Shown here in pieces: positions 12,081-23,500 of a stretch of 64,000 nt of DNA. The stretch is from Deltaproteobacteria bacterium. Lineage in GTDB: Bacteria > Desulfobacterota > Binatia > UBA12015. The first letter of the stretch is position 1; every line of letters starts with the position of its first letter. The stretch spans positions 1 to 64,000 of the forward strand of contig JAYGCM010000025.1 in NCBI GenBank assembly GCA_046583355.1, given 5' to 3'. The notes beneath the pieces are model-generated. The model ran no database searches, was not told where the DNA came from, and was given only the letters and a program-made list of their open reading frames with translations. The position numbers and the translations under genes are program-made.

Positions 12081-12691
12081 TGATCCAACGTAGCCTGCAG
12101 ATTTCAATTCTGATGTTCCTTCTCTTCCTGAGCGCGAGTGCTTGGGCCAAGGCGGTCTATGTGGTCGACGGCCCGATGCTGCAGACGCAAGCGATCCTGC
12201 ACGCGTCCAACAAGATCGTGACGGGGCCGGGCGACCGTGATGCCAAGCTCGTGCAGTTGAAGGTATTGTTGCGCGACTTTCTCGATACCGATGCGCTCGG
12301 TACGCGCTCGATGGGGCCGCACCTCGACGAGGTTACGGCCGAGCAACGCCAGCGCTTTCTGGAGCTCTTCCGCGACCTCTTCGTGCGCACCTATGTGCAG
12401 CGTCTGCTGCTCTTCGATGTGCCCGAGTTCGCCTACGGCGATGAGCGCATCGCGGGAGAGGCGGCCGAGGTCGAGACCGCGATCGTGACCGAGCGCGACC
12501 GCTTCAGCGTCGACTACGATCTGAAGAAAAAAGGCACCGTGTGGGCGGCGACCGATATTCGCATCGAGGACGTGAGCCTGGGTGCGAACTTCCGCTCCCA
12601 ATTCGACCGGGCGATGGCGAGGAATTCTTTCGACGTTCTGATGGACAAGCTGGCGCGCAAGCTGCACGGAAAGAAGTCGGCCGCGAAGTAG
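12077..12691 (+). CDS. MlaC/Ttg2D (HpnM-like) periplasmic lipid-binding protein
   Basis: Signal peptide; QRQRFLELF...TY, VDY.L...W...DIRIEDVSLGANFRSQF. Confidence 0.85.
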   Translation: MMIQRSLQISILMFLLFLSASAWAKAVYVVDGPMLQTQAILHASNKIVTGPGDRDAKLVQLKVLLRDFLDTDALGTRSMGPHLDEVTAEQRQRFLELFRDLFVRTYVQRLLLFDVPEFAYGDERIAGEAAEVETAIVTERDRFSVDYDLKKKGTVWAATDIRIEDVSLGANFRSQFDRAMARNSFDVLMDKLARKLHGKKSAAK

Positions 12692-12694
12692 GAA

Positions 12695-13795
12695 ATGATC
12701 GCTGTCTTCTGGAAGGATCTGCGCCTCATCCTGCGCGACCCCTTGGCGCTGGGCTTCGCGCTCGCCGTACCGATCTTCGTCATCACGATCGTCGCCGGAG
12801 CACTCTGGTCCGACGGTGATGATACGCCGCGGATCACCATTCCCATCGTGGACGAAGACCGTGGCCCGGTGGCCGGTGCCTTCCGGAAGTTGCTGGCAGA
12901 GCACGCCATTCTCGAAGTCATGGACCGCCCGGCGGCCGAGCGCATGGTGGCCGTGCAGAACAGGGCACCGGCGGCGTTGGTCTTCCCGCCCGGACTCAGC
13001 CGTCGCTACCTGCAGGGCCGGCCCAGCACGATTGAACTCCTGACCGATCCGGCCGCGGCGGAAGGCGTGGCCGCCGTCAAGGTTCTTTTGCTGCTGATGG
13101 ACAAGGAAGCCGCGGCACTCGCCGATCCTCTGAGCGATTCGCTTTTCAATATCACCGAGCGCAATCTCACCGGCAACCGCACGGCGGTAACGGATTTCGA
13201 AGCCAATGTGCCGGGCTTCACCATCATGTTCACACTGCTCGCGATTCTCTTCGGCGTGTCGATGGGGCTGCATGATGAACGGGAATGGGGGACTCTGCCG
13301 CGCCTCCTGGTCGCCCCGGCGGGTTTCACCTGGATGCTTCTGGGCAAGCTCGGCGCACGCTTCGTGCTGGGCTTTGCCCAACTCGTCACGCTTCTTCTCT
13401 GGGTCCATTTCCTCTTCGGCGTCTCGTTAGGCCCGTCTGTTCCGGCCTTTCTCGTACTTTGCGCGATGATCGTTTTTTGCTGCGTGACGCTCGGTCTGGT
13501 GGTCGGGGCGCTGGCAAAGACGCGTGAGCAATCCCCGCCGCTCGGCCTTGGCTTCATGATGGTCTGGTCGGGTATGGGCGGTCTTTTCTGGCCGTCCAAC
13601 GTCACTCCGGATTGGATGCGCACGGCCTCGGAGGGCTTCTTCACGACCTGGGCCATGCGGGGGATGAACGATCTCGTGCTAAGAGATGAAGGGTTGGCGG
13701 AGATCGCCGGGACCGTCGGGGTACTCTTCCTCTTCGGCTTGGGGACTCTGATCATCGGCTTGCGGCTCTTCCGCGCGCGTCATAGCGCGCGCTAG
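12695..13795 (+). CDS. ABC-2 type permease with large extracytoplasmic loop
   Basis: WKDLRLILRD N-terminus, IVDED, EREWGTLPRLLVAP, GGLFWP; several TM segments. Confidence 0.9.
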   Translation: MIAVFWKDLRLILRDPLALGFALAVPIFVITIVAGALWSDGDDTPRITIPIVDEDRGPVAGAFRKLLAEHAILEVMDRPAAERMVAVQNRAPAALVFPPGLSRRYLQGRPSTIELLTDPAAAEGVAAVKVLLLLMDKEAAALADPLSDSLFNITERNLTGNRTAVTDFEANVPGFTIMFTLLAILFGVSMGLHDEREWGTLPRLLVAPAGFTWMLLGKLGARFVLGFAQLVTLLLWVHFLFGVSLGPSVPAFLVLCAMIVFCCVTLGLVVGALAKTREQSPPLGLGFMMVWSGMGGLFWPSNVTPDWMRTASEGFFTTWAMRGMNDLVLRDEGLAEIAGTVGVLFLFGLGTLIIGLRLFRARHSAR

Positions 13796-13822
13796 GCAGC
13801 GGCCAAAAGAACGCTTGATGAG

Positions 13823-15262
13823 ATGCAAGGGCTTTTCCGAATGAGATGCGCGGCCGGGTGGGCGCTTCTGCTGTTTTTGCTGACGGCTCTGCCGGCTTCG
13901 GCCGCGACCATCGAGCCCGGCGCCGTCGATATTCGACTGGCGCGGCGCAGCCTGCCGGAGTGGATCAGGGGCGCGCTGGCCGCCGCCCCCGAGATGGCCG
14001 TGGCCCGCGCCGAGGTTGCCGTGCGCGAGCGCAGGCTCGGTGCCGCGCAGGCGGCGCGTTTTCTGCCGGAATTCCATGCCCTCAGCATCGGCGGCATCGC
14101 CAGGCGGGCACGCGGCACCGTGCTCGAGCCGCTCGATTCGACCAGCGTAAACGCCTACGGCCCCTTTACCCAGGTAGAGGTGCAATTCGTGCAGCCGCTA
14201 TTCACCTGGGGCAAGATCACCTCGAGTATCGAGGCAGCGGCGCATGCCGTCGAGGCCCAGCTCGCCAGCGGCGAGCGTACAGGCAACGCGATTGTCGAGC
14301 AGGCAAAAGATCTCTACTTCAACGTGCTGCTCGCGCGGACGCTCTACGGAATCGTTGCCGAGACCGCCGATGGCTACGACGAGGCACTCGTGACCGCGCG
14401 TGAGCGTCGCGACGACGGCGACACGGAGATCACCGAGCTCGATATCCTCTACCTCCGGGTCGGTCGGGCCGAGATCAAGAAGCAGCTACCGCGGCTTCAA
14501 GTCGGTGCTGAAATTGCGTTGCAGGCATTGCGCATCCTCGGTGGCGAGTCACGCACGGCGGCGTTGGATGTGGCCGAGCGCTTCCTCGACCCGGTGCCCG
14601 CCACCGTGCGTGCGATTTCCTGGTACGAGGAGCAGCTTTTCGAGCAGAGCCCGGATTGGCAGCAGCTGCAATTCGGCATCGCGGCCCAGGCCCGGCAGCG
14701 CGATGCTCTTGAGGCCGATTATTATCCCAGTCTATTTCTCAGCGGGACCTTTGCCTATGCCTACGCGCCGCGTCGCCAGCGCCAATTGAACCCTTTCGCC
14801 TTCGACCGATTCAATTACCTCCGCGGCCCGGGCGGCGTGCTGGGTGTGCGCTGGCCGCTGAATTTTCACCTGACGGCGGCTCGCGTCGCGGCGGCTCAAG
14901 CCGAAGTCGAGAAATTACAGGCCGAGAGCCGGCGCGCACGCAGTGGCCTGCGGCTGCAATTGCAGGAAGCCTACGACGGCGTCACCCAAGCCCGCGAATC
15001 TCTCGAAGTGCTCGAAGACGGTCGCAAGGCGGGGCGGACGATTCTCACCTTCGCCGTGACGAATTTCGATATCGGCATCGGCGATGCTTCCGAGATCCTC
15101 CAGGCGCTGGGAAACTATGCCCGCGTCTCCTCGAGCTATTACGATTTCGTCAAGCAATATGATATGGCGCTGGCGAGACTCACCCGAGTCACCGGCGAGG
15201 AAGTCATGCACCTTGAAGGCATCACCCCCGGCCACCGCTGGGAAGCCCCGGGACTGCGTTGA
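13823..15262 (+). CDS. TolC/OEP family outer-membrane protein
   Basis: Signal peptide; QPLFTWGKI, YYPSLFL, NFDIGIG...Y...LARL..VTG OEP repeats. Start may be 13841. Confidence 0.88.
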   Translation: MQGLFRMRCAAGWALLLFLLTALPASAATIEPGAVDIRLARRSLPEWIRGALAAAPEMAVARAEVAVRERRLGAAQAARFLPEFHALSIGGIARRARGTVLEPLDSTSVNAYGPFTQVEVQFVQPLFTWGKITSSIEAAAHAVEAQLASGERTGNAIVEQAKDLYFNVLLARTLYGIVAETADGYDEALVTARERRDDGDTEITELDILYLRVGRAEIKKQLPRLQVGAEIALQALRILGGESRTAALDVAERFLDPVPATVRAISWYEEQLFEQSPDWQQLQFGIAAQARQRDALEADYYPSLFLSGTFAYAYAPRRQRQLNPFAFDRFNYLRGPGGVLGVRWPLNFHLTAARVAAAQAEVEKLQAESRRARSGLRLQLQEAYDGVTQARESLEVLEDGRKAGRTILTFAVTNFDIGIGDASEILQALGNYARVSSSYYDFVKQYDMALARLTRVTGEEVMHLEGITPGHRWEAPGLR

Positions 15263-15268
15263 TGTGCC

Positions 15269-16126
15269 GTGGCTGAGCATGCGCCGCTCTTGCCGTCCGG
15301 TGCGGTCGTCCTGCCCGCCTACCTTGCGGACACCGGCGCCTGCGAGGCTCTCCTGCGTACCTTGGACGGACTCCCGGCCGCGGCCACGACCCGCATCGCC
15401 GTCGTGCAGCCCGGCCCCGCGGGCATGCCGGACCTGGCCGCGATCCGCTCGCATGCCGGCCTGCTGGTGGTCGAAGAGAAGCAGGGGATCGGCAAATGGC
15501 CGGCCTTTGCCGCCGGCGTGGCGCGCCTGCGCGGCGACGAGGCCTGGGTTGCCGTGGTGGACGCCGACAACGCATTCCCCGGTGCCTCGGTCGAGCGCGT
15601 GGCCGCCCGTCTTCTCGAGGCGGCGGTGCCACACGCGATCGGTACGCGTACGCCGGAGGCGATCGATCTGCGCGCCATCGACGAGACCAGCCCACACCAA
15701 CGCCTCCATGCCGAAGCCTTCTTCAATGCTTTGACTCTGATCGCACTCGGCTGCGAACACGACCCGACCTACCGCGGCGCCGACCTGCAATCCGGCCTGC
15801 ACGTCTTCACGCCCGAGCGCCTCGCGGCCCTGGACCCAGCGGCCTTGCCCTTCTACGGCGGCGAGTTGCAGTTCTTCCACGCGACCTTGGCCACCGGCGC
15901 CGCGGTCGCTTTTGCTCCCGTCGAGGTAAGCGCCAACCCACTCTCAGCTTACCGTTTTGCCGAGATCGCCAACGAACTCCTGGCCTTGCCGTTCTTGGCC
16001 TTTACGACCGAGGCCGATCGCGCCCGCGCCTTGGCTGAGGCAGCCACGATGTACCAGCATTGGCCGATGGACCCCCGCACCTTTATTGCCGACGTGCACG
16101 CCTTCTGCCCGCCAGTCGTTCCCTAG
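15269..16126 (+). CDS. Divergent GT2-family glycosyltransferase-like protein
   Basis: VVLPAY, GIGK, VAVVDAD (DxD), IGTR, DLQSGLHVF, resembling DPM-synthase-like GT2. Confidence 0.65.
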   Translation: MAEHAPLLPSGAVVLPAYLADTGACEALLRTLDGLPAAATTRIAVVQPGPAGMPDLAAIRSHAGLLVVEEKQGIGKWPAFAAGVARLRGDEAWVAVVDADNAFPGASVERVAARLLEAAVPHAIGTRTPEAIDLRAIDETSPHQRLHAEAFFNALTLIALGCEHDPTYRGADLQSGLHVFTPERLAALDPAALPFYGGELQFFHATLATGAAVAFAPVEVSANPLSAYRFAEIANELLALPFLAFTTEADRARALAEAATMYQHWPMDPRTFIADVHAFCPPVVP

Positions 16127-16165
16127 GGGGACGCGTACCGAGGCTGTTCCCTTGAGAGAACGCTT

Positions 16166-16297
16166 TCAGGTCTGGTCGTCGTACTCGGGGGGGATGCGGC
16201 GTTCCTGGGGCTCGGGGTCGGCGGTCGAGAGCTTCCAGATGAGGGCGAGGCCGGCGACGAAGCCGACCAGAAGCAGGGTGATGGCGGTTGTTGCCAT
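16166..16297 (-). CDS. 43-aa single-TM small protein (absent from ORF track)
   Basis: Manual translation: MATTAITLLLVGFVAGLALIWKLSTADPEPQERRIPPEYDDQT*. AGGAG RBS overlaps the fabI stop codon. Confidence 0.75.
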   Translation of the reverse strand: MATTAITLLLVGFVAGLALIWKLSTADPEPQERRIPPEYDDQT

Positions 16298-16305
16298 AGG
16301 TTCTC

Positions 16306-17079
16306 CTAGATTCCGAGGATGCTGAGGCCGGCGTCGACTTTGAGCACCTGGCCTGTGATGCCGGCGCCGCCGTCGCCGGCGAGCAGGGCGGTGAGTTCGG
16401 CGACGTCCTGGGCCGAGACGTTGCGGCCGAGTGGGCTGCGGTTCTCGGCGACCTTGAGCATCTCGCGGAAGTCGCGGATGCCGGCGGCACTGAGGGTCTT
16501 GATCGGTCCGGGGCTGACGGCGTTGACGCGGATATTCTGCTGGCCGAGGTCGGCCGCGAGATAGCGCGTGGCGGATTCGAGCGCGGCCTTGGCCACGCCC
16601 ATCACGTTATAATTTGGGATGACGCGCTGGCTGCCGTCGTAGGTGAGGGTGATGATCGAGCCACCGCCGGCTTTTTCCATCAGCGGCAGGGCACCGCGGG
16701 CCAGCCCGATCAGCGAGTAGGCGCTGATGTCGAGCGCGAGACGGAAACCGTCGCGCTTGGTGTCGACGAAACGCCCCATGAGATCTTCGCGGTCGGCGAA
16801 GGCGACGGCATGAATGAGAATGTCGAGGCCATCCCATTTGGCGTCCACCGCGGCGAAGAGGGCATCGATCTGCCCGTCGTCGCTGACGTCGCAGGGCAGG
16901 ACCAGCTCCGCGCCGATCTGCTCGGCGAGCGGGCGGACCCGTTTCTCCAGCATATCGCCGAGAAAGGTCAGCGCCACGCGGGCGCCCTCAGCGGCGAGTT
17001 TCTGTGTGATGGCCCAGGCGATGCTGCGCTGATTCGCAACGCCCAGGATCAACGCCCGTTTTCCCTCAAGTGAAGCCAT
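16306..17079 (-). CDS. fabI: Enoyl-ACP reductase
   Basis: GVANQRSIAW, DISAYSL, YNVMGVAKAALE, SPGPIKTL. Confidence 0.96.
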   Translation of the reverse strand: MASLEGKRALILGVANQRSIAWAITQKLAAEGARVALTFLGDMLEKRVRPLAEQIGAELVLPCDVSDDGQIDALFAAVDAKWDGLDILIHAVAFADREDLMGRFVDTKRDGFRLALDISAYSLIGLARGALPLMEKAGGGSIITLTYDGSQRVIPNYNVMGVAKAALESATRYLAADLGQQNIRVNAVSPGPIKTLSAAGIRDFREMLKVAENRSPLGRNVSAQDVAELTALLAGDGGAGITGQVLKVDAGLSILGI

Positions 17080-17146
17080 ACAGGCTTTATCGCGTAAAGA
17101 GCGCGGGGGTTCAATTTGCCGCAGCGCGAGGCTTATGCCCCAACGT

Positions 17147-17503
17147 TTACTTGGACTTACGGAAGGTGGGGTCCGGCGGCATCATTCGTTTGCTTTTGCC
17201 GCGCTTGGCGTAGATCGGCTTGGCATTCTGGTAGAAATACCGGCCGCGGCGCGTATAGTCGCTGCCGCCGCGTTTCTTTGGTGTCGGGTCGGGGATGAGC
17301 GCCCGGTTGGTCGCCGGCTGTTTCATTTTGGGCTCGGGAATCGGTGCCCGGCGCATGCGGCGGCCGCGTTCTTTCTGGGTTTTTTTGGGGCGCAGATTCT
17401 TCGGGTTGCCAACCCGCCCGCCACTGCCAGCCAGAGCGGCCGCCGGGGCCGCGAGGAAGACCGCCGCCATGAAAATCGCCAGGAGTTTAAGGGGTTTTGT
17501 CAT
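17147..17503 (-). CDS. Small, highly basic secreted hypothetical protein
   Basis: Signal peptide ending ALA; K/R/P-rich mature part; ATGA overlap with the upstream giant ORF. Confidence 0.75.
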   Translation of the reverse strand: MTKPLKLLAIFMAAVFLAAPAAALAGSGGRVGNPKNLRPKKTQKERGRRMRRAPIPEPKMKQPATNRALIPDPTPKKRGGSDYTRRGRYFYQNAKPIYAKRGKSKRMMPPDPTFRKSK

Positions 17504-20500
17504 CGATGTACTCCGAGGTCGGCTACGTCCTCGTCGGGTAGGCCAGCGGTGCCCAGCGCCGAGACGGTATCGACGCCGCGCGCCGACGCGTCCCCGGAAC
17601 CACGATCTATAGCGGGACTGGCGGGGTTCAGGAAGAGCAGATCATCGGCCCAGCCGCTGCCGCCGGCAATATCATCGGCGCCATCGCTGTCGAGGTAAAG
17701 CGGGTTGGTGGCGAGCTGCATGCCGGCGCCGGCAGGGAAATCGGCCGGTGCCAGATCGATTGTGTTGGTGCCCAGGAGGATATGGTCGAGGGTGGGAGCC
17801 TCGCCGCTGCGGTGGCGTGCGTGAATGCCCCAGCCGGAATGGCCGGTGATGATCAGGTCGCGCACGGTCAGCTCGGCGCTGCGACGGATCCGCAGGCCGA
17901 TCCGGCCGGCGCCGTGGATGGTCGAAAACTCGATTGTGCCGCTGCTGCGCGAGATCTTCATGCCGCCGCGCCGGCAGGCCGTGATGATCGCGTTGCGCAC
18001 CAGCATCTCGCTGGCTCGCGAAGCATAGAGGCCGGTGCCGCCGCAGCCCGTGATGGTGACCGATTCCAGTGTCGTACGGGCAGTGCGGCGCAGTACGATT
18101 CCTTCGCGTCCGGAATTGACGACGACGAGGTCTTCGAGACGGATATCGTCGGCGTGGCGGAAGAGCGAGATGCCGCGCCGCGCCCCTTCGATTACCAGAT
18201 TGCGGATCTCGACATCGGCGGCGCGGATACGGATCGCGTCACGGTGCCCGCCCGGTGCGACGATGGTACTGCCCAACGAACCGGCGCCGAGAATCGTGAT
18301 GCCGCCCTGGCGGATATCCAGACGCTCGGTCCAGGTTCCCGTGCCCAGCACCAGGGTGTCGCCATGGACGAGGCTGCCCAGCGCATGCGCCAGAGTCTTC
18401 CAAGGGGTCGCGGGCACAGCGGCCTGGGCGCGGGTGCGGCCATCGTCGCCGTCAAGCGAATCCACGTAGAGAATCGCCTGGCTCCCGGCGCGGAAGGTCG
18501 GCGCCTGTGGCGCACGCTCGCCCCTGCCGTAATGGAAGCCCAGGTCGGCCATGCCGGTATCGACATCGCCGCTGGTGGCCGTACTTCCGACCAGGCCGAG
18601 CGCAAGCGCCTCCTGCGAGCCCGCGTCAACCGCAGCACTTTGTTCGGTCTGGCCCGCGCCGATCTGCGCGAGACGGAAATCGTCGTCATGGTAGCCGCGT
18701 GAGCCGAAGATCAGGTCAGCACCGCGCGGTGCGATGAAGCGCGGGTCGGCCCATAGATTCCCGCTGCAGCCAGCGCAGAAAAGGGCGTTCGCAGGTTCGA
18801 TTCTTGTTGTATCCGTGGTCTCATCCCACAGTCCGTTATGCAGCAATGTGGCGGGGGAGTCCTCGATCTTGAGACCCATGCCGGGGGTATTCGTGAGCAG
18901 GTTGTCGCGCACGAGGCCGCTGGTCTTGTCGAGGCGCAGGTTGCCCAGGCCGTTCCAGGAAATCGTATTTGAGGCAACCAGGTTGCCCAGCGAAAGTGGC
19001 GGCGGGTTGGTGTCGCTGGTGCCGGAATTGTCGAGCGTCACGCCCCATTCGGCGTTGCCGTAGGAAAGTACATTGCGCACGGTGGCCGCACCGACATTGC
19101 GCAATTTGATGCCGGAGAAGAGGTTGGTGCTGGTGATCGAGTTCTCGATCAGGATATCGCTCGCGTCCTGTACGCGAATGCCGTCGCCTGCGGCGTCGTA
19201 GACGACGCAATTCAAAATCCGCAGGCCGTTGGCCGTCGCCAGCGCCGAGATGCCCGTGCTGCCTCCCTGGATGATCAGGCCGTCGAGGGTGACGTGGGCA
19301 CCTTCGATGGTGAAGCCGGTCGTGCCCTCGCCGCTGGCTCCGGCTGCGAGCGAGGGATCGGCGATGATTAGCGGTTTGATCAGGACAGTCCCCGGAGTCT
19401 CGGCGCGAATGGTGAGATCGTCGCGCGTGATGTGAATCGAGTTGTTGTAGATGCCTGGTAGCACGACCAGGGTAGCGCCAGGTTCGGCTCGGCTCACGGC
19501 GTGGCGGATCGAACCCCAGGGCGTTGCCGGGTTACGCGCGGTCGCGGCTGTGCGGGGCTCGCTTCCGTTGCCGTCCTCGCCCCACGCCGAACTCACGAAA
19601 TAGGTCGAGAGCAGCGAGTCCGGATCGAAGGGGGCAGGGGCGGGCTTGGTTCGACCGGCGCTCGCGCCCGTGTGGAAACCTGGGTCGGCGATTCCGCTAT
19701 CCGGCGTGCCATCGCTTGCGGTCGATCCGTCAATATCAAGTACGGCCACCGCATCCGAACCGCGATCGATCACGGGACTGTCGACAATCTGCCCCGTCTG
19801 GATCCGGCCGAGGTTGAAATCGTCATCCTGCCAACCACTGCCGCCGAGGATATCGTCGGGGCCATCGGGATCGACATATTTCGGACTGCGCCCGATATAG
19901 GCCCAGAAGAAAATCGTGTCGAAATCGAAATCGCGGTCGCGGTCGCGGCCGTTGAAGGCAAAAACGTTGTGGTGCGCGTAGATCTCGGGCCCGGCGAGGT
20001 AGAGGCCGAGGTCGAGATGGTTGGTGAGGATATTGTCGCGCACCTCGCCGCTGGCGCCCAGGACACGGAGGCCGTCGCCGTTGGCATGGAGGGTATTGAA
20101 GGCCACCAGGTTGCCGACGGATATCGGCGGTGCTGGATCTGCGCCGGGATCGTTGTCGAGGGAGATGCCCCAGCCGCTGTTGGTGTAGATGAGGTTGTTG
20201 CGGATATGCAGCTCGTTGCTGCGCAGCAGCAGGAGTCCTTCGTCGCCCGCGCCCGTGATGACGGATGAGTCAATCCATGCATCCGTACTGTCGAGAATTT
20301 GCATGCCGACCGCAGACGCGTTGATGGAGGCAACTCGATGGATGCGCAGGCCGCTGGTGGCCTCGGCGCGGATCGATTGCGCGCCGCCCTCGATCAAGAG
20401 GTTCTCGAGCCGGATATCCGTGCGGTCCGAGATGACGATGCCCACGACGCCTGCAGGAGGCAGAATACGCGTATCCCCGAGCACGCCGCTGCCGGTGATG

Positions 20501-23500
20501 CGCACGCCGTCGCTCCGAACCGAGAAGGCTTCGGCGTAATCGCCGGCTGCAATGATCAAGGTATCGCCTGCTGCGAGTTGGCCCATGGCATAGCCGATCG
20601 TGCGCCAGGCGCCGCCCGCCGCCGCGGCCTCGCCGCTCCCTCGGGTATTGTTGCCCGTCGGCGAGACGTGGAAGGTGCCACCGGTCCCTACCACCACCCC
20701 ATAGACCGGGCCCGCAAGCGGCCGTGCCGGAGTCGGCGTGGCGTTCTCGTGATGGCCCGGGTCGGCCCGGCCGGTATCGGCGGCGCCGTCGCGTGTCGTG
20801 GAGCCCGAAATATCGATCAGGTCGCTCGCTGCATTGGCCGAACCGCGGTCCAGAAGAGGGCTGTTTTGTGAATCTCCAGCTGCCAGGCTCTGCAGCCGGA
20901 AGTCGCCGCCGAGGGCATCGACGAAGAGAGGGGCGAGGGTCGAATTCGACCAGCGGCGCGCTTCTTTGTCGGATTTTTCGTCGAAAAGGAGCACGGCATG
21001 GTGGAGGTTATTATGGTGCACGTCGACTGGAGCTGTATTTGTCTTGACGGCGGTCGTCGTGATCGCGTTGACGATATTGTCGCGGATGGTCCCTGTCGTA
21101 TTCTCGAAACGGATGCCGCCGATGCCCGCGCCGTTGATCGTATTGAAGGCGACCAGCGCGTCGCCGACCGTGGCTGCGCCGTCTGCGGTATCGAGGTGGA
21201 TCGCCCAGGAGCCGCTCGCCACCAGTAGGTTGTTGCGAATATAGAGGCCGGCTGAATCCGTGGCATGGATCGACCGCGCTGCGGCGCCCTCTATTCGGTT
21301 GCTGTCGAGAATGGAATTGATCGAGTCGGAGAGCTTGATGCCGTTGCTGCTCGGTGAGGCAATGATGGTGCGACGCACCGTCAGGCGGTCGGCGCCGTTT
21401 CCGCGCACGCCATGGAGGGCGCCTTCGATTCGGAATCCGTCAATCGTAATATCGTCGTGCTCGACGGAGAATCCGATGCCGCCGCCTGCTTGCAGGATGA
21501 CGCCTGGTTCGGCGAGTAAGGTCACGCCATCCAGGGTCGTCTGGACCGACTCGTGATAGATCCCGGCCCGCACGACGATAGTATCACCGGGCTGTGCGCC
21601 GGTTGAGCGCAAGGCTCGGTGGATCGTCTGCCAGGGTTGCGCCGGGTTGGTCGTCTCAGAGGAATCGTAGGCATCGTCGCCGAGTGTGGCGTCTACAAAG
21701 ATCGTTCGTGCGTGCGCCGGCGGGGCGGAGGAGAGCGGCGGAATTATGGAGGCGATCGCGGCGCTCTGATGCTGGCCGAGGTCGGCCACGCCGGTATCCT
21801 GGACCGCATCGCTGCGCGTGCTGCCCGAGATGCCGGCACTGGTGGTCTGTCCGGATCCGGCATCGACGGCGGGGCTGTTTGCCGCATCGCCGGCGGCGGT
21901 TTGTTGGAGACGGAAATCGCCACCGGCAGCGTCGCGGAAGAGCGGGTCCTGGACCAGGTTTTCCCAGGTCGTCGGCAGAGCCGAGCTCTCGGTATCGTAG
22001 GCGACGGGGTGTGCAAAGATGAGGTTATGGTGGATCAGCACCGGTGCCGAATCGGTTTTGATACCGCGACCGGAGTTCTCCACGATGATATTGTCGCGGA
22101 TTTCGCCGGTTGCGTTCTGCAGTCGCAACCCCCCTTGGCCACCGGTCGTGCCGTTGGCGTAGAGCGTATTGAAGGCGATCAGGTGGCCGCTGGTCATGGG
22201 CGACGGCGCTTCGCTGTCGATGTGGATGCCCCATTCGCCAGCGCCGGTGACGAGGTTGTTGTGTAGGTAGCTGCGCCCGCCGCCGGAGGCCGTCGAGATC
22301 TCATTGCTGACCACCGCGATTCCGGTCTGGGCGGCATCGCGGACCTCGCAGGAGTCCACGATCGAGTCGAAGGTATTTTTCAATCGGATGCCGTTGGTCG
22401 CGATCGCTACGGCAGCCGGGAGTTTCTCGACCAGCAAGCCGCTCAGGTGGATTCCGAAGAGCGAGGTATCGCTGTCTTCCGCGGCCGCGCGGATGCCTTC
22501 TTTGTCGGAGCGGATCAATAGGTCGGCCAGGGTGACACGGTCGGCCTCGATGCGCACTGCCGTCAGGCCCGTCGGTGCTTCGATGATGGCGCCCAGCGGG
22601 TTCTCGGCCTGCAGGCGTAAGTCGGCGGTTTCGATCTCCAAAGCTTCGGCACAGGTGCCGTCACGCACAATGATGGTGTCGCCCGCAGCGGCGTCCACGA
22701 GTGCTCGGCTGATGGTCGCCCAACCATCCCAGAGTCGGCCGACCTCCCAGCGGCTGCGCGTATCGTCTCCGCCAGCGCAATCGACGTGGATGCGTGCCGC
22801 GGCGGGTGGTGCGATCACGGCGACGCCGCCGCCCAGGGCGCTTGCCTGCGCGTGGTAGCCGGGGTTGGCACGGCCGCTGTCGGCGGCCCCGTCGCTGCGC
22901 GTCGAACCGTCGATATCGGCGATGCCGATCGGTGCGCTGCCTCGCCCGAGCGCGGGGCTGTCGGCCGCCTGGCCGGCGGCCAACTCGCTCAGTGCGTAGT
23001 CGCCACCGGCGGCATCGACGAAGAGAGGGTCGGCGCTGGAATTGCTCGACCAGAAATCGAATTCGCTTGGCAGACTCCAATTCTTCGTCCCGCCCGCGCC
23101 GTTATTCCACGAAATATTGTGGTGTACGAGGCTGGCGATACCGGGATCACTGACGCGAATGCCGCTGATCAGATTGTCGGTAACAATATTGTCACGGATC
23201 TCGCCCAAGGTATTGTTGAAACGGATGCCGCGCCGGTTTCCCTGCACCGTATTGAACGCAACGATATTGCCGGTCGCGAGAGGTGGCAGCACACTGGTGC
23301 TGTTCGGGTTGTTCTCGAAGTCGATCGCGAACGAGTCGCTGGTCGCGGAGCCCTGTGTGATCAGATTGTTGCGGACGTAGGCGTCCGCGGTGAAGCGCAG
23401 GTGAATCGCCCGACTCCCGGCGCCGCGGATCCGATTGTTCTCCACGGTCACGAAGCGCGCGTTTTTGATCGTGATGGCGTCGATCGCCATCGTGCCGCCC

